Source: Octopus vulgaris
Lineage: Eukaryota
Direction of reading: 5' to 3'
Assembly: GCA_951406725.2 (NCBI GenBank)
Contig: OX597822.1
Location: forward strand, 103,850,001-103,914,000
Length of the DNA: 64,000 nucleotides
Position 1 is the stretch's first letter, and every line of letters starts with the position of its first letter. The translations under genes were made by a program, and so were the position numbers. Below are positions 1 through 12,077 of the stretch, in pieces. The notes under the pieces are model-generated. The model was not told the DNA's origin. It saw only the letters and a list, made by a program, of their open reading frames with translations, and made no database searches.

Positions 1-335
1 TCTGCGAAGACGCATTAGAAAACTTTGAAGTTCAATGTCTCCTAATATGTCATAAGATATATTTGTAATCCGGAAGTCATACCAGTGTAGAAATGGACTT
101 TACATAGTATTTCTAGAATCGAACAAAAGAAAATAGTTCTCTTTACTATCTTCTCCATATTTACAGAATGTGTTAAACAATGATCTATTTATCATTTCTC
201 AATTAACCGTTAACAAATAATACTAAGCCAGTGTTGTGTTATGGCTATATATATAACGCAGTCTTGACAGTAGAACATAGAATGCAGACACATTTAATAA
301 ATGAGAAAAAAATGAATAGCAAAATTAAAATAATA

Positions 336-1958
336 CGAGGTGGTATCAAAATGTTCCCGGACTATTTCTGTAGCACGACAACAGATGGCAGCACACGGTT
401 ACGTGTGCAGTGAGCTTCATGAGGCAGTGTATTTTTGTTTGTTTGCTTGTTCTTTCTCGAGCTATGCCTGGCTCATAAGGGCCGGTTTGCAGGTTTCTTT
501 GGCGTATAGGTTCCCCACCTGGACGGGACGCCAGTCCGTCGCAGGTGAGCTGCAAGATGCAGGAGGAAAGAGTGAGAGAAAGTTGTGGCGAAAGAGTCAG
601 CAGAAGTTCGCCATTACCTTCTGCCGGAGCAGCGTGGAGCTTAGGTAATTCGCTCATAAACACACACATCGCCCGGTCTGAGATTCGAACCCGTGATCCC
701 TCGACCGCGAGTCCGCTGCTCTAACCACTAGGCCATATGCCTCCACATGAGGCAGTGTATCGAGTCATATAGCTGTGCTTACATAGCAAGTTATGAAATT
801 TGTGGATTTTGTGATCACGTGTATGCTGTAGTCTGTGATTTCGTAATGGACAGGAAGTTTGAACAAAGAGCCAACGTGAAATTTTGCATTAAACTCGGGA
901 GGTCTCCTACGGAGGCATTGAGCATGCTTCAGCAAGCTTACGACGACGAGGTAATGGGTCGTACGTAATGATTCGGGTGGCACCGGCGCTTTAAAAGCGG
1001 AAGGACGAGCCTGGAAGACGACGAGCGATCTGGAAGACCTGCGACGAGCGGCACACCCAGAAATGTGAAGAAAATTCATCATCTTGTTCATAAGGATCGT
1101 CGGAGGAAAATCAGAGTCATTGCTGATGTTGTTGGTCTGTCATATGGGTCCGGCCAAGCGATCCTAATGTCTGAATTAAACAAGCGGCGTGTCTCTGCCA
1201 ATTTTGTTCCCCGCCTGCTGACCACTGAGCAGAAAGTACAACACGTAAAGGTCTCTCAAGATCTCCGTCAGCTTGCCGCTGTTGACCCGTACTTCATGTC
1301 GAGGACCATCACCGGTGACGGGAGTTGAGTCTACGAGTTCAACCCTGAGACGAACCTGCAGTCGTTACAATAGAAGAACCATTCATCTCTACAACTGAAG
1401 AAGGCACGACAGAGCCGCAGCTCGGTTAAGAGCATGCTCATTGATATTTTTCGACGTCCGCAATATTGTGCATCGAGAATTCGTTCCGTCAGGGTCAGAC
1501 CGTCAATCAAGAGTTCTACTACGACAGGGAGGACATGTGGCGAAAGCGACTGGATCTGTGGAGCAGGAAGAATTGGATTTTTCACGATGATAATGTGCCC
1601 TGTCACAGAATTCTTCTCACTCGTGAGTTTCTCGCCAAAAACAACATGGTATCACTTACGCACCCGCCCTAATTCTCAGTTTTAGCTCCAGCAGACTTCC
1701 ATCTGTTCCACGAGATGGAAAAATGCAGCTCAAAGGTCACTGTTTTAACACCGTTGTCGAGGGAACCGCAAAAGATCCTTGACTCGCTTACGGAAAACGA
1801 CTTCCAGGCCGGGTTCCAAAAGCAGCAGGACCGCTAGGACCGGTGTATAAATGCGCAACGTAGCTATTTCGAAGCAGATGGTGTCAAAACTTGAGTAGAT
1901 AAATCTTTTTTGTTTAATTAAAAACAACTAGTACGGGAAGGTTTTTGATACCATCTCG
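336..1958 (+). mobile_element. Full-length but decayed Tc1/mariner (DD34D-type) DNA transposon
   Basis: TIRs CGAGGTGGTATCAAAATGTTCCCGGACTA (336-) and its near reverse complement ending at 1958, flanked by TA at 334-335 and 1959-1960. Broken transposase from ~846: MDRKFEQRANVKFCIKLG, VPRLLT, TITGD, FHDDNVPCH, HPP..LAPADFHLF. Confidence 0.95.
433..745 (-). mobile_element. tRNA-derived SINE (head A, tail 2) nested in the mariner 5' region
   Basis: Minus-strand A/B-box head (TGGCCTAGTGG...GGTTCGAATC); 15-bp TSD CATGAGGCAGTGTAT at 418-432 and 746-760. Confidence 0.9.
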
Positions 1959-2146
1959 TACAAGTAAAAAGAATATATTCATTAGTGGAAAATTAAAACG
2001 TATCAGATTTCAAGTATTCTTTCCAATAGAATTTATGTTTTCACAGAAGATTTTTAAGTGAAGATTTTCATTAAGCAGATGTTACTGATCATTATCGAAT
2101 GGAAGACATGCGATAACTACACCAATAATAAGCTACTAGTTGATGA

Positions 2147-2472
2147 GTGAGGGCGCGTGGCTTAGTGGTTAGGGCATTCGGCTCATGATCGTAAGGTTGT
2201 GAGTTCGATTCCCGGCGACGCGTTGTGTCCTTGAGCAAGACACTTTATTTCACGTTGCTCCAGTCCACTCAGCTGGCAAAAATGAGTTGTACTTGTATTT
2301 CAAAGGGTCAGCCTTGTCACTCTCTGTGTCACGCTGAATATCCCCGAGAACTACGTTAAGGGTACACGTGTCTGTGGAATGCTCAGCCATTTGCACGTTA
2401 ATTTCACGAGCAAGCTGTTCCGTTGATCGTATCAGCTGGGACCCTCGTCGTCGAAACCGACGGAGTCTTTAA
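2147..2472 (+). mobile_element. tRNA-derived SINE (head B, tail 1)
   Basis: Head GGCGCGTGGCTTAGTGGTTAG...GAGTTCGATTCC; TSD AGTTGATGA on both sides; tail shared with the copies at 19887, 20806 and 57366. Confidence 0.9.
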
Positions 2473-2625
2473 AGTTGATGAATATGATATCACGAAAAGA
2501 TCTATAAAAGCATAAATAGAACTAGAAAGTAAACGCGAAATCTTGTACGCTTTTATTTTCCAATAATGAGTGTGTTCATTCTTTGTAGAATAGTTCAGGA
2601 AGTGGAGAGTTGGGGGTAAGCGGGA

Positions 2626-2853
2626 GGCGAGCTGGCAGAATCGTTAGCATGCCGGGCGAAATGCTTTGCGATATTTCGTCTGCCATTACGTTGTGAGTTC
2701 AAATTCCGCCGAGGTTGACTTTGCCTTTCATCCTTTCGGGGTCAATAAATTAAGTACCAGTTACGCACTGGGGTCGATGTAATCGACTTAATCCCTTTGT
2801 CTGTCATTGTTTGTCCCTTCTGTGTTTAGCCCCTTGTGGGTAGTAAAGAAATA
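2626..2853 (+). mobile_element. SINE group C (Tx1-like tail)
   Basis: GGCGAGCTGGCAGAA...GAGTTCAAATTCCGCCGAGG...CCCCTTGTGGGTAGTAAAGAAATA; many copies in the window; degenerate TSD GGT(A/G)AG(C/T)GGGA. Confidence 0.9.
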
Positions 2854-3177
2854 GGTGAGTGGGAGGGTTGGGATAGATAGTACTTGAAGGGCGGTCAGTT
2901 GTTATTGGGTTTGTGTATAGGTGTCAAAGTTTAGGGAAATAGCTCTCGAATTATTCGGAGTTGAGATAGTGAGAAAAGGGATGGAAATTATTTCAGGGAG
3001 GGAAGGTGTCTAATTCGGCGTCGGAGGCAGAGTACTAATGTATGTAGAAAAGTATGAGAGAAGATAGAGGGATGTAGACTGAGTGGGGGTGAGTCGGTGG
3101 TCAAGGTAGCAGTGGTTAGTACTATAATGGAGGTAGGTTAGTTGTAGAGGGGGAGTGCTGATGTGTTCACTACCTTA

Positions 3178-3410
3178 CTTTGAAGTAAGGTAGCAGAATC
3201 GTCAACGCACCGCAAGAAGAAAAGAAAACGTTTAGTGACATTTCTTAAATGCTGCCGAGGTTGACTTAGCCTTTCATCCTTCGGGGTTGATGAAATAAGT
3301 ACAAATTGAGCCCTAGAATCGATGTAATCAGCTTGCTCTCTCCCCTGAACTTGTTGTTCTTGTGCCAAATTTTAAAACCAATATTATTTTCAAGTTACAT
3401 GCCATCAAAG
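3178..3410 (+). mobile_element. Diverged SINE C variant, near copy of 6259-6516
   Basis: Shares its body and flanks (TTGAAGTAAGGTAG ... TCAAGTTACATGCCATC) with 6259-6516. Confidence 0.75.
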
Positions 3411-3763
3411 GAAGGGGGAAATGGGGAAAGAATACTTGTGAGGACGGGGGAGCCGTGAGGGAGGTGGGATCTGGTAGGTAAGAGAAATTTGCAAAGGTAA
3501 TCATGAGAAGGAATAATTTAGTAGAAAGGGTGGTATTAGTGAAGGGCATAAATTACTAGGCCAATGTAGTTGTAACACAAGATTAATTATAATTAAGAGC
3601 AATCATAGTTATGGGATTCCATAGATTTAATAAAGTGGGTAAATGATGACTAGAACCCTTGTTTACAGGAGAGTTTTATAACTGAGAATCTATCAAGTAT
3701 CAGTTTTACACCAGAAAATCTATTAAGTAATGGTGTTGTTGCGAAGGCAGGTTAACGGTTCCC

Positions 3764-4185
3764 TTACTCTTTACTCTTTACTCTTTTACTTGCTTCAGTC
3801 TTTGACTGCGGCCATGCTGGAGCATTGCCTTTAGTCGAGCAAATCGACCCCGGGACTTATTCTTTGTAAGCCCAGTACTTATTCTATCGGTCTCTTTTGC
3901 CGAACCGCTAAGTGACGGGGACGTAAACACACCAGCATCGGTTGTCAAGCAATGCTAGAGGGACAAACACAGACACACAAACATATACACACACACACTT
4001 ATATATATATATACATATATACGACAGGCTTCTTTCAGTTTCCGTCTACCAAATACACTCACAAGGCATTGGTCGGCCCGGGGCTATAGCAGAAGACACT
4101 TGCCCAAGATGCCACGCAGTGGAACTGAACCCGGACCATGTAGTTGGTTAGCAAGCTACTTACCACACAGCCACTCCTGCGCCTA
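3764..4185 (-). mobile_element. tRNA-derived SINE group D (~420 bp, internal CA/TA microsatellite)
   Basis: Head TAGGCGCAGGAGTGGCTGTGTGGTAAG on the minus strand, (AAGAGTA)n-type tail; about 11 copies in the window. Confidence 0.9.
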
Positions 4186-5072
4186 TTTAAGCACAATTTA
4201 CAAATGCCAAGCTTTGTGTTGTATGCGGTGTGGCGAGCTCACTTACTATGGACCAGGATAGAGTATGGGGAACATTTCGGGATTTGAGTTTGTGTATATA
4301 AGTTGTTAAAGAGTTAGATAATTTAGAATTTAGATTGGGGAAAAGTAAAGGATAAACTAATACTTCAAGTAAAGAAACGAATGAGAAATTTTTTAATTAA
4401 ATTATTGCAGCAATATATGCCAGTTCTAATTTATCACTCTTGACAGTTGTCATCTTTTAAATTTATTGTACAAAACTCTTCAGCTAATTAGTCACTTTTT
4501 TCTGTATTTCAGGTAGTAAATTAACCAAATTCTACTTAAATATGTATAGTGTTACTTGTAACCTATAATGAAATATTTTTTAATATTCACATTTTAATTT
4601 TAGCTGCAATATTTAAAGTAAAATGTCTCTTATTATTTACTTTACTTGAAGTAATAGCTTGTTCTACACTTTTATACGTGTAGTAACTTGTTCTGTACTT
4701 TACTAGGTTTATAATCTTAAGAATATTACTTTCCATGCTCGTATTTTTCCATGTAATCCATGATTTTTCCAATCATTGCTGTTTTAAGATAATAATGTGT
4801 CAATTAAAAATTTAGGATTTTACTGGGTAAAGATTTACGTTGGGTGCTATTTTTAGCGTGTCGAGCGACCAGGTGGAGGCTTTTTCATTGGTTTGATTGC
4901 GTGATGAGATTTTTTTTTACACATATATGTATAATATGCATATATATCATGGGCAGAAGTTAGAGAGTAAGTCAAAAACTGAGAGTTTCGTGTATTGGCA
5001 CTTATCAAACACGAATTTGTCCATTATCTCTCTCTCCCTCTCTCTCTCACACACACACACACACACCACACA

Positions 5073-5122
<50 letters not shown>

Positions 5123-5140
5123 CACCTCTATATCTACATT

Positions 5141-5596
<456 letters not shown>

Positions 5597-5610
5597 TTTT
5601 AATTGACACA

Positions 5611-5777
5611 TAGGCGCAGGAGTGGCTGTGTGGTAAGTAGCTTGTTTACCAACCACATGGTTCCGGGTTCAGTCCCACTGCGTGGCACCTTGGGCAAGTG
5701 TCTTCTACTATAGCCTCGGGCCGACCATAGCCTTGTGAGTGGATTTGGTAGACGGAAACTGAAAGAAGCCCGTCGTA

Positions 5778-5840
<63 letters not shown>
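5611..5840 (+). mobile_element. SINE D 5' half ending in (TA)n
   Basis: Same head as the other D copies; the 3' half is missing. Confidence 0.85.
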
Positions 5841-5841
<1 letters not shown>

Positions 5842-6258
5842 TACATCCGACAAGTAATGAATATTTTACTCATTAGTAATTTTAAATTAAATGAAATATT
5901 AGAATAATTCTTTTTCGCAGTTTTTGAAAGAAATATTCAAATTAAGCTGGATTAGAAATATGCATGATCCCATTTTTGCCAATCCCCTCCCAAAAATTAA
6001 CTTGCAACAGAAATTCTTCGAAATCGTATAGAACAATACAACTGAGAATAAAAACTGAGTCAATGAAAACCTTCCTTATTTTGCCTATTTGCACTTAACG
6101 CAAAATTCCAAGATTTAATTTAGAAAGAAATGTTATTTTCTATTCGTGGTCGGTGTGTTCGTAAAGGGATTAACTGACCAAGTATACGTTCAAACATACT
6201 GGAAGCACCCAGAGTTGTTTAACTTCCATCTTATCATAATATTTAGTTTCCAATACTG

Positions 6259-6516
6259 CTTTGAAGTAAGGTAGTGAGATAGCAGAATCGTTAACGCACC
6301 GTAAAAAGAAAAAAAAATGTTTAGTGACATTTTTTCCGGCTTTACATTATGAGTTCAAATGCTGCCGAAGTTGACTTTGCCTTTCATCCTTCGGGGTCGA
6401 TAAAATAGGTACCAATTGAGCACTTGAATCAATGTAATCAACTTACCCTCGCCCCTGAACTTATTGTCCTTGTGTCAAATTTTAAAACCAATATTATTCT
6501 CAAGTTACATGCCATC
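6259..6516 (+). mobile_element. Diverged SINE C variant
   Basis: GCAGAATCGTTAACGC...GAGTTCAAATGCTGCCG...CCTTTCATCCTTCGGGGTCG. Confidence 0.75.
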
Positions 6517-6522
6517 TAAGTG

Positions 6523-6811
6523 TGTAGGCGCAATGACCCAGTGTCAGGGCCGCGGACTCGCGGTTTCGATTCCCAGATCGGGCGCTGTGTGTGTTTATTG
6601 AGCGAAAACACCTAAAGCTCCAAGAAGCTCCAGCAGGGAATGGTGGCGACCCCTGTTGTACTCTTTCGCCCCAACTATCTCTCACTGTTTCTTAGGTAAC
6701 GCTACGATGGATTAGCGTCCCGTCCAACTGGGGGGAACTCGTACGCCACAGAAACCGGGAAACCGGGCCAATGAGCCTGGCTAGGCTTGAAAAGTGCGCA
6801 TAAAATAATAA
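6523..6811 (+). mobile_element. SINE (head A, tail 2)
   Basis: GGCGCAATGACCCAGTG head; TSD ACATGCCATC on both sides. Confidence 0.85.
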
Positions 6812-7636
6812 ACATGCCATCAAAAGTGGCAGAAATATCGGAGTTTTAAACCATAATTCTTTGCAAAATTCAGTTCCATCCCCTTACGCTTTGATATTCA
6901 AATTTTACTAGATTCAATTTCGCCGTCCTTCTTGCTGTCTTCTCCTGTAATTTCAGGTCGATATCGAATACAAGAGAGTAAATTTAATTACTTAAACATT
7001 CCTCAAGAAATATATGGCATTTTAGTAAAATATAAAACCGGAAGTGCTATTAGGTTTTGGATAATGTTCGAATGCCTTAGAAGAAATAAATTCACGGAAA
7101 CGTCTTTAATTACAAAACAGAATTAATTACCAAATTGAAGAAATTTGACTTCCATCACTGTTGTGTGTGTGTGTGTGTATGTGTGCTTGTCTAACATACA
7201 AACACACACAAGCGGTTATGCACAAGCATGCACATATTTATGTATGCAATTTATCATTCATCATTCATATTGCAAGAGAAATGATTCGAATTTATGACAC
7301 TTTTTGAATTCCAAGACGACATATATCACCTGCTTCTTTTTTGTTAATTTATTTATAATTCATATTCTACCGATTTTACTACTTCAAATTCCGGATAAGT
7401 AAATAAATCTCTCACAAGCGAAAACTTATATATAGATCGAAGTGCTTCTGTTAATGGCTAATGTTGGTTTGTTAAAAGATAATATTTATATCCAAGTTAA
7501 CGTTGATGTTTTGTTAGAGCGCGGAATATTGCAGTATTTTCCTTGAAAGGACCTCTTATATATTCGCATGGTGCATAAAAACAAATATACCTATATCGTG
7601 GGCAGACGGGAACCGTCATCTACGGGCTCTGGAACG

Positions 7637-7680
7637 TCCAGATCACGCGATTTCGACGTACTGTGTCTCCTCAGTGAGAG
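7637..7680 (-). ncRNA. Hammerhead ribozyme-like motif (type I, weak stem I)
   Basis: Minus strand: UCA-CUGAGGA-GAC[ACAGUAC]GUC-GAAA-UC[GCGU]GA-UC-UGG. Confidence 0.55.
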
Positions 7681-8499
7681 CTGTCAGCTAGCCGCATACC
7701 AGCCAACTCTCACTGCCAACGATAGAATTCTAGTGACCTTTCAGTTACCGATGTAAATAGACTGTAGGATTATTAGAAAAATAATTATTCGCAACTGAAG
7801 CAGTATTAATCCAAAATACTGCTATTGATACTGCTATTTAAATACTGCAGTAATAATAGCAGTATTAATACTTTATTAGTTTAGAACAAGGCACCAAATA
7901 CAAACATACTTCAAATTCCAATGGAACGAAAGTAAATATTAATTGCTCATTTAATATGATGCAGTTCTTGATAAACTAAGACTGGAATAAATGGGAAGGT
8001 CATGGCTAGAACTAAAGTTCTTATAGACCTGCTCAATAAGGGCAAACCACCACCACCAACAACAACAATTTGAACTACGAGTCGACGGGAGACTTTCTAC
8101 TGAGTCGTTCAAATTAGAGCTAAAAATATAACCGACTGCCTTGAAATTAAATAGAACTCTAAAAGAGAAACAGTATTGGGTATATTATAACTGAAAACAA
8201 GACGGAATTATCAGGCAGATTCGTAAAAAAGCAACTGCAGCAACAACGAAAATAATAACAACGAAATAATATCTGGGACAGGTGATATAGATCAGTGCTC
8301 CCTAACTGCAATATTCTCTCCTTTCATGTACATTTTACTGTAAAAAAAAGTGGTCACCGTTTGGACGACCATTTTAGATAAGACTTGTTCGATGTATGAC
8401 GCAACAATATCAGTCCATTCAGACCAGTGGTCCATGACTCCAAATCTGTCGGCTTCTCCCACCTGCGTCTTGTTGTTTTGGAGATTAATATATCATATA

Positions 8500-8866
8500 C
8501 TAGTAGTATATGTTTCGACCCTTTAGAATTAGAATTTTGAAAAGTAAAACTTTTGCATTATGTAGCTTGTTATTCTCTTTAAGTGAACAATTTTTTGGTT
8601 GAAATACACCGAAAAATGGTGACACAGCAGTCAAAAAATCGAAAATAAATAAGGATTTTCATAGAAAAAAAGTACCTTTTTGATATAAATAAGTTTTTGT
8701 GTTAACATGGTCCGATTTGAATTTTTTCTTCTACGGAATGAAGAGCAAGCCTTCTTCCATCATACTCTCAATTTTGGTCAACTTGCGCCGCAGGGTCTTG
8801 GAGGAGATAGTGTTAGTTGAAGGCTACCAAACCTGCCATACACAGACAAGTTCAGCTTTATATATA
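8500..8866 (-). mobile_element. Non-autonomous Helitron, degraded (terminal hairpin deleted)
   Basis: Highly similar to 18395-18787; CTAG terminus at 8500-8503. Confidence 0.75.
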
Positions 8867-9032
8867 TCATATATTATGTCATTCCTATTTGCTTGTTTCA
8901 GCGTGAATAACAGCTTATATTCTGTTTAAGCAGCTATCTCTACTGGCCTCAATCGATTTCGTATTTTCTAAAAGACAAATATTCCCCCTCGCACACCTTA
9001 TGCGTCCTTCCACTTTCAGCACACATGTATAC

Positions 9033-10566
9033 TAGGGTGGAGCGAAACGGGTACTTTTTACACAGATTTTCGAAATATGTTTTCAAGAATATATTTTGCA
9101 TTGCGAAATTCTTTAGAAACAACTGTGTTAAAATCTGAAGTTCTTAAATTTACAACTCTGCATTCCTCCCTTTATTTTTGCCATTCCTCCCTTTATGTTT
9201 TACACTCATTACGAATCGATTTTCCGTTGCAAAACTCTTTAAAAACAATAGTATTAAAATCTCAAGCTCTAAAATTTATATCTTCAAGGTCCGCAACGCA
9301 CTTGATATTTCGAAATTATGTGAAATAAATACACTTTACGACTTTGTTTTCTTTATTATTTTTAATACTTGGTCACCGAATAGAAGTGTTATATGAACAA
9401 ATGTTTTTGCTGAGGTCTTTTCGTTTCATGGAAAATGGAATTGGAAAATGTTCATGTTCGCCTGCTGATCCCTTTCCAGATTCATTGCTTGAATCAATTC
9501 AGAATCTGCTGACGTAGAAGGGTGACTGTGATCTGGGCGATTCTTTCTAATCAACCTCTGAGTGTTCTGCTTAGATACTGCTTGATCTGTTCTGTCAATG
9601 ATCATTTTCCGATTTGTCCGTTGATCGTGTAAAAAATCTTGTTTTCTCTCTTATACCTTTTTTGTCTATTACAACTGCAGTTTCTAAAGGTGTTGCACTT
9701 GCAACTAGAAATGTCAAATAAATCTTTTGTTGCATTGTTTTTAAACACTTTTCACTTTGCTTGAAACGATGGCACATTTTTTTTTCTATTTTTCACAGAT
9801 TTTAGTAATGCTTTGAACTTTAGACAAAAGTTTAAGATTTTCGGTTTAACTGACTCAGTTGTAACACAAAGGATGGATGCCTTTTTCTGCCAAAGAAGAA
9901 TTATCTTTTCTGCTACAATCTTGACAATTTTCTTAATTCAAGGATTTTTCTTAACTACATTCTTTTCTTTTTCTCGTTCAAATAAAACACATTTTAGTGC
10001 GTTCTTGTAATTTAGCAAAACTAGCTCGCTAAGATCACATGAGTCAGCAAAAACTGGGCATTCACTATCATGACACGTTATTGGCTTATGAGTCGTCACT
10101 AAATGTAAACAACACTAAATTTAACACGATCATTAATTTTAATACAATGGCCTGAAATCAAGGTACAAAGCAGAAAACTTCACACACTTACGACACATAT
10201 CCACACGCAACAACCGTTACAGCAGCACTGGAGAGAAGGTCACGCTACCGTTCTATTTACAGCCAATGCAGAACCTTAAGCTATTAAAAAATTGTACTGA
10301 AAATTGGTATGCAACCTCTTAAGAATACTGTATTCACTTTTATGCATTCTGCTATGTAGAAATATGTATTCGTTGCGACTTATAATCTGTGAAATACAAA
10401 ATTCGACCCCAAATAGTAATTTAAAAAATTTTCAATTGCGTAGCGGAGCTTGAAAAAATATTGAACCACAAAGTTCTTTATACACCTTTCTTTTAACCCT
10501 GATTCGCAATAAAATATCGATTCTTGGTTACCAATTTCGAAAGTTGCATTTTTCGATCCTCCTTAA
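9033..10566 (-). mobile_element. Internally deleted DNA transposon with a Cys-rich transposase N-terminal remnant
   Basis: Degenerate TIRs TAGGGTGGAGCGAAA / TTTCGATCCTCCTTA. Minus strand 9590-9760 reads KDLFDISSCKCNTFRNCSC...FLHDQRTNRKMII with one frameshift. Confidence 0.6.
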
Positions 10567-10613
10567 TGCACACTCCATCACTTTATTCACATAAGACTAT
10601 TTCTTAACTTTTA

Positions 10614-11050
10614 TAGGCGCAGGCGTAGCTGTGTGGAAAGAAGTTTGCATCCCAACCACATGGTTCCAGGTTCAGTCCCACTGCGTGGCACCTTGGGCAA
10701 GTGTCTTCTACTATAGCCTCGGGCTGACCAAAGCCTTATGAGTGAATTTGATAGACGGAAACTGAAAGAATCCCTTCGTGTATATGCGTGTGTGTGTGTA
10801 TATGTATATGTATATGTGAGTGTATGCGTGTGTTTTCCTTGTTCCCAGCCACCGTTTGACAACCAGTGTTGGTGTGTTTACGTCCCCATAACTTAGCGTT
10901 TTGGTAAAAGACCCGATAGAATAAGTGCCCGACTTAACAATTATCAAAAGAACAAGTACTGGGGTTGATTCGTTGAACTAAAAATTCTTCAAGGCGGTGC
11001 CCCAGCAGGGCCGTAGTCTAATGACTGAAACAAGTACAAGATAAAAGATA
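10614..11050 (+). mobile_element. SINE D
   Basis: Full head, internal microsatellite and tail. Confidence 0.9.
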
Positions 11051-11125
11051 CACATCTTACCTAATAACATTCAGCTAAAAATATCTTACAAATATTTTAT
11101 CCCGTTACCTTACTTTTATACTACA

Positions 11126-11534
11126 CTAGCAGCATAGCCCGGCGTTGCCTGGGTATATAAGAGCCCCTAGTAGGCAACGACTAATCCCAATCTAGTTCTT
11201 TCCCTCTAGGGAACGAAGGCGCATGTGTAGGTTGCAATGTCTTCTCTTCATTCGAATACTTCTATGTATACGATGTTCCTAGCTGTCTCCCGACAGAATA
11301 TGTGTTGCATATAAAAAGCTTAGATTCTCGACCCATGTCGAATTCATCGATTTTTTTCAGAACTGGGGGAACTTTTCAAACTTTTCGCTGCGTTAGTTTT
11401 GAATTGTGACATTGAGCTATGTGTGTGTCAAGTTTCATCAGAATCGGTTGAAAGCCGTGGTCAGGGTGAGGGTACAACCTGACAGCCACACTGACACATA
11501 GACAGACAAACTGCCGTTTATATATATAGAGAGA
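11126..11534 (-). mobile_element. Non-autonomous Helitron
   Basis: Minus strand runs 5'-TC(TCTCTATATA)... to hairpin CCCAGGCAACGCCGGG then CTAG-3'; no TSD; 5' part shared with 30519-30880. Confidence 0.85.
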
Positions 11535-12007
11535 TACACGCATGCATACACATTATCATACTTCACGCACACTTTTCTTCACCAACTTCTATCATATCCG
11601 CTTCTAAAGCTTACTTCCATTAATCTCTGTTAAAAACATCACTATTTCTTACCTATTGTTCGAGCTTGATGCATCGTTGAATAACTAAATTCACTGTTTC
11701 CTTTTTTTTCATGTCCATTCCTTTTCCCTCTACTTCTTGCTGTGATAAAAGACCATCGTCCGAGACATGGATTTTAACCTCTTTTAAAGCTTTCAGTACA
11801 TTGACGTCTCACGTTATTCGCAAGTTTTTCTTTAGCTTGTGTCCTAATTTAAGTACTGCTTACCTGGAAACCATGCTAAGACAACTTAACAGGGATTAGC
11901 TCCGGATTCATATATTCCTTTTCTTCTCTTTTACATTCTCTTTTAATTTTATATTATCCCTTGAATACATCATACACATTAATCTGGTCTTTCTTTCTTC
12001 GATCCTT

Positions 12008-12076
<69 letters not shown>

Positions 12077-12077
<1 letters not shown>

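Larger units (their letters stand above)
2860..4340 (-). pseudogene. Decayed Penelope-like retroelement (GIY-YIG C-terminus followed by RT N-terminal region), interrupted by SINEs
   Basis: Minus-strand translation of 4190-4320 gives SLTTYIHKLKSRNVPHTLSWSIV / YNTKLGICKLCL (one frameshift). ~2895-2925 gives TPIHKPNN, similar to the Penelope RT motif LPKIHKP. Confidence 0.55.

Noticed and set aside
2147-2225. tRNA gene-like sequences (also at 670-745, 20205-20280 and others)
   Set aside because: A/B boxes are present but continue into SINE bodies with TSDs; these are SINE heads, not tRNA genes.
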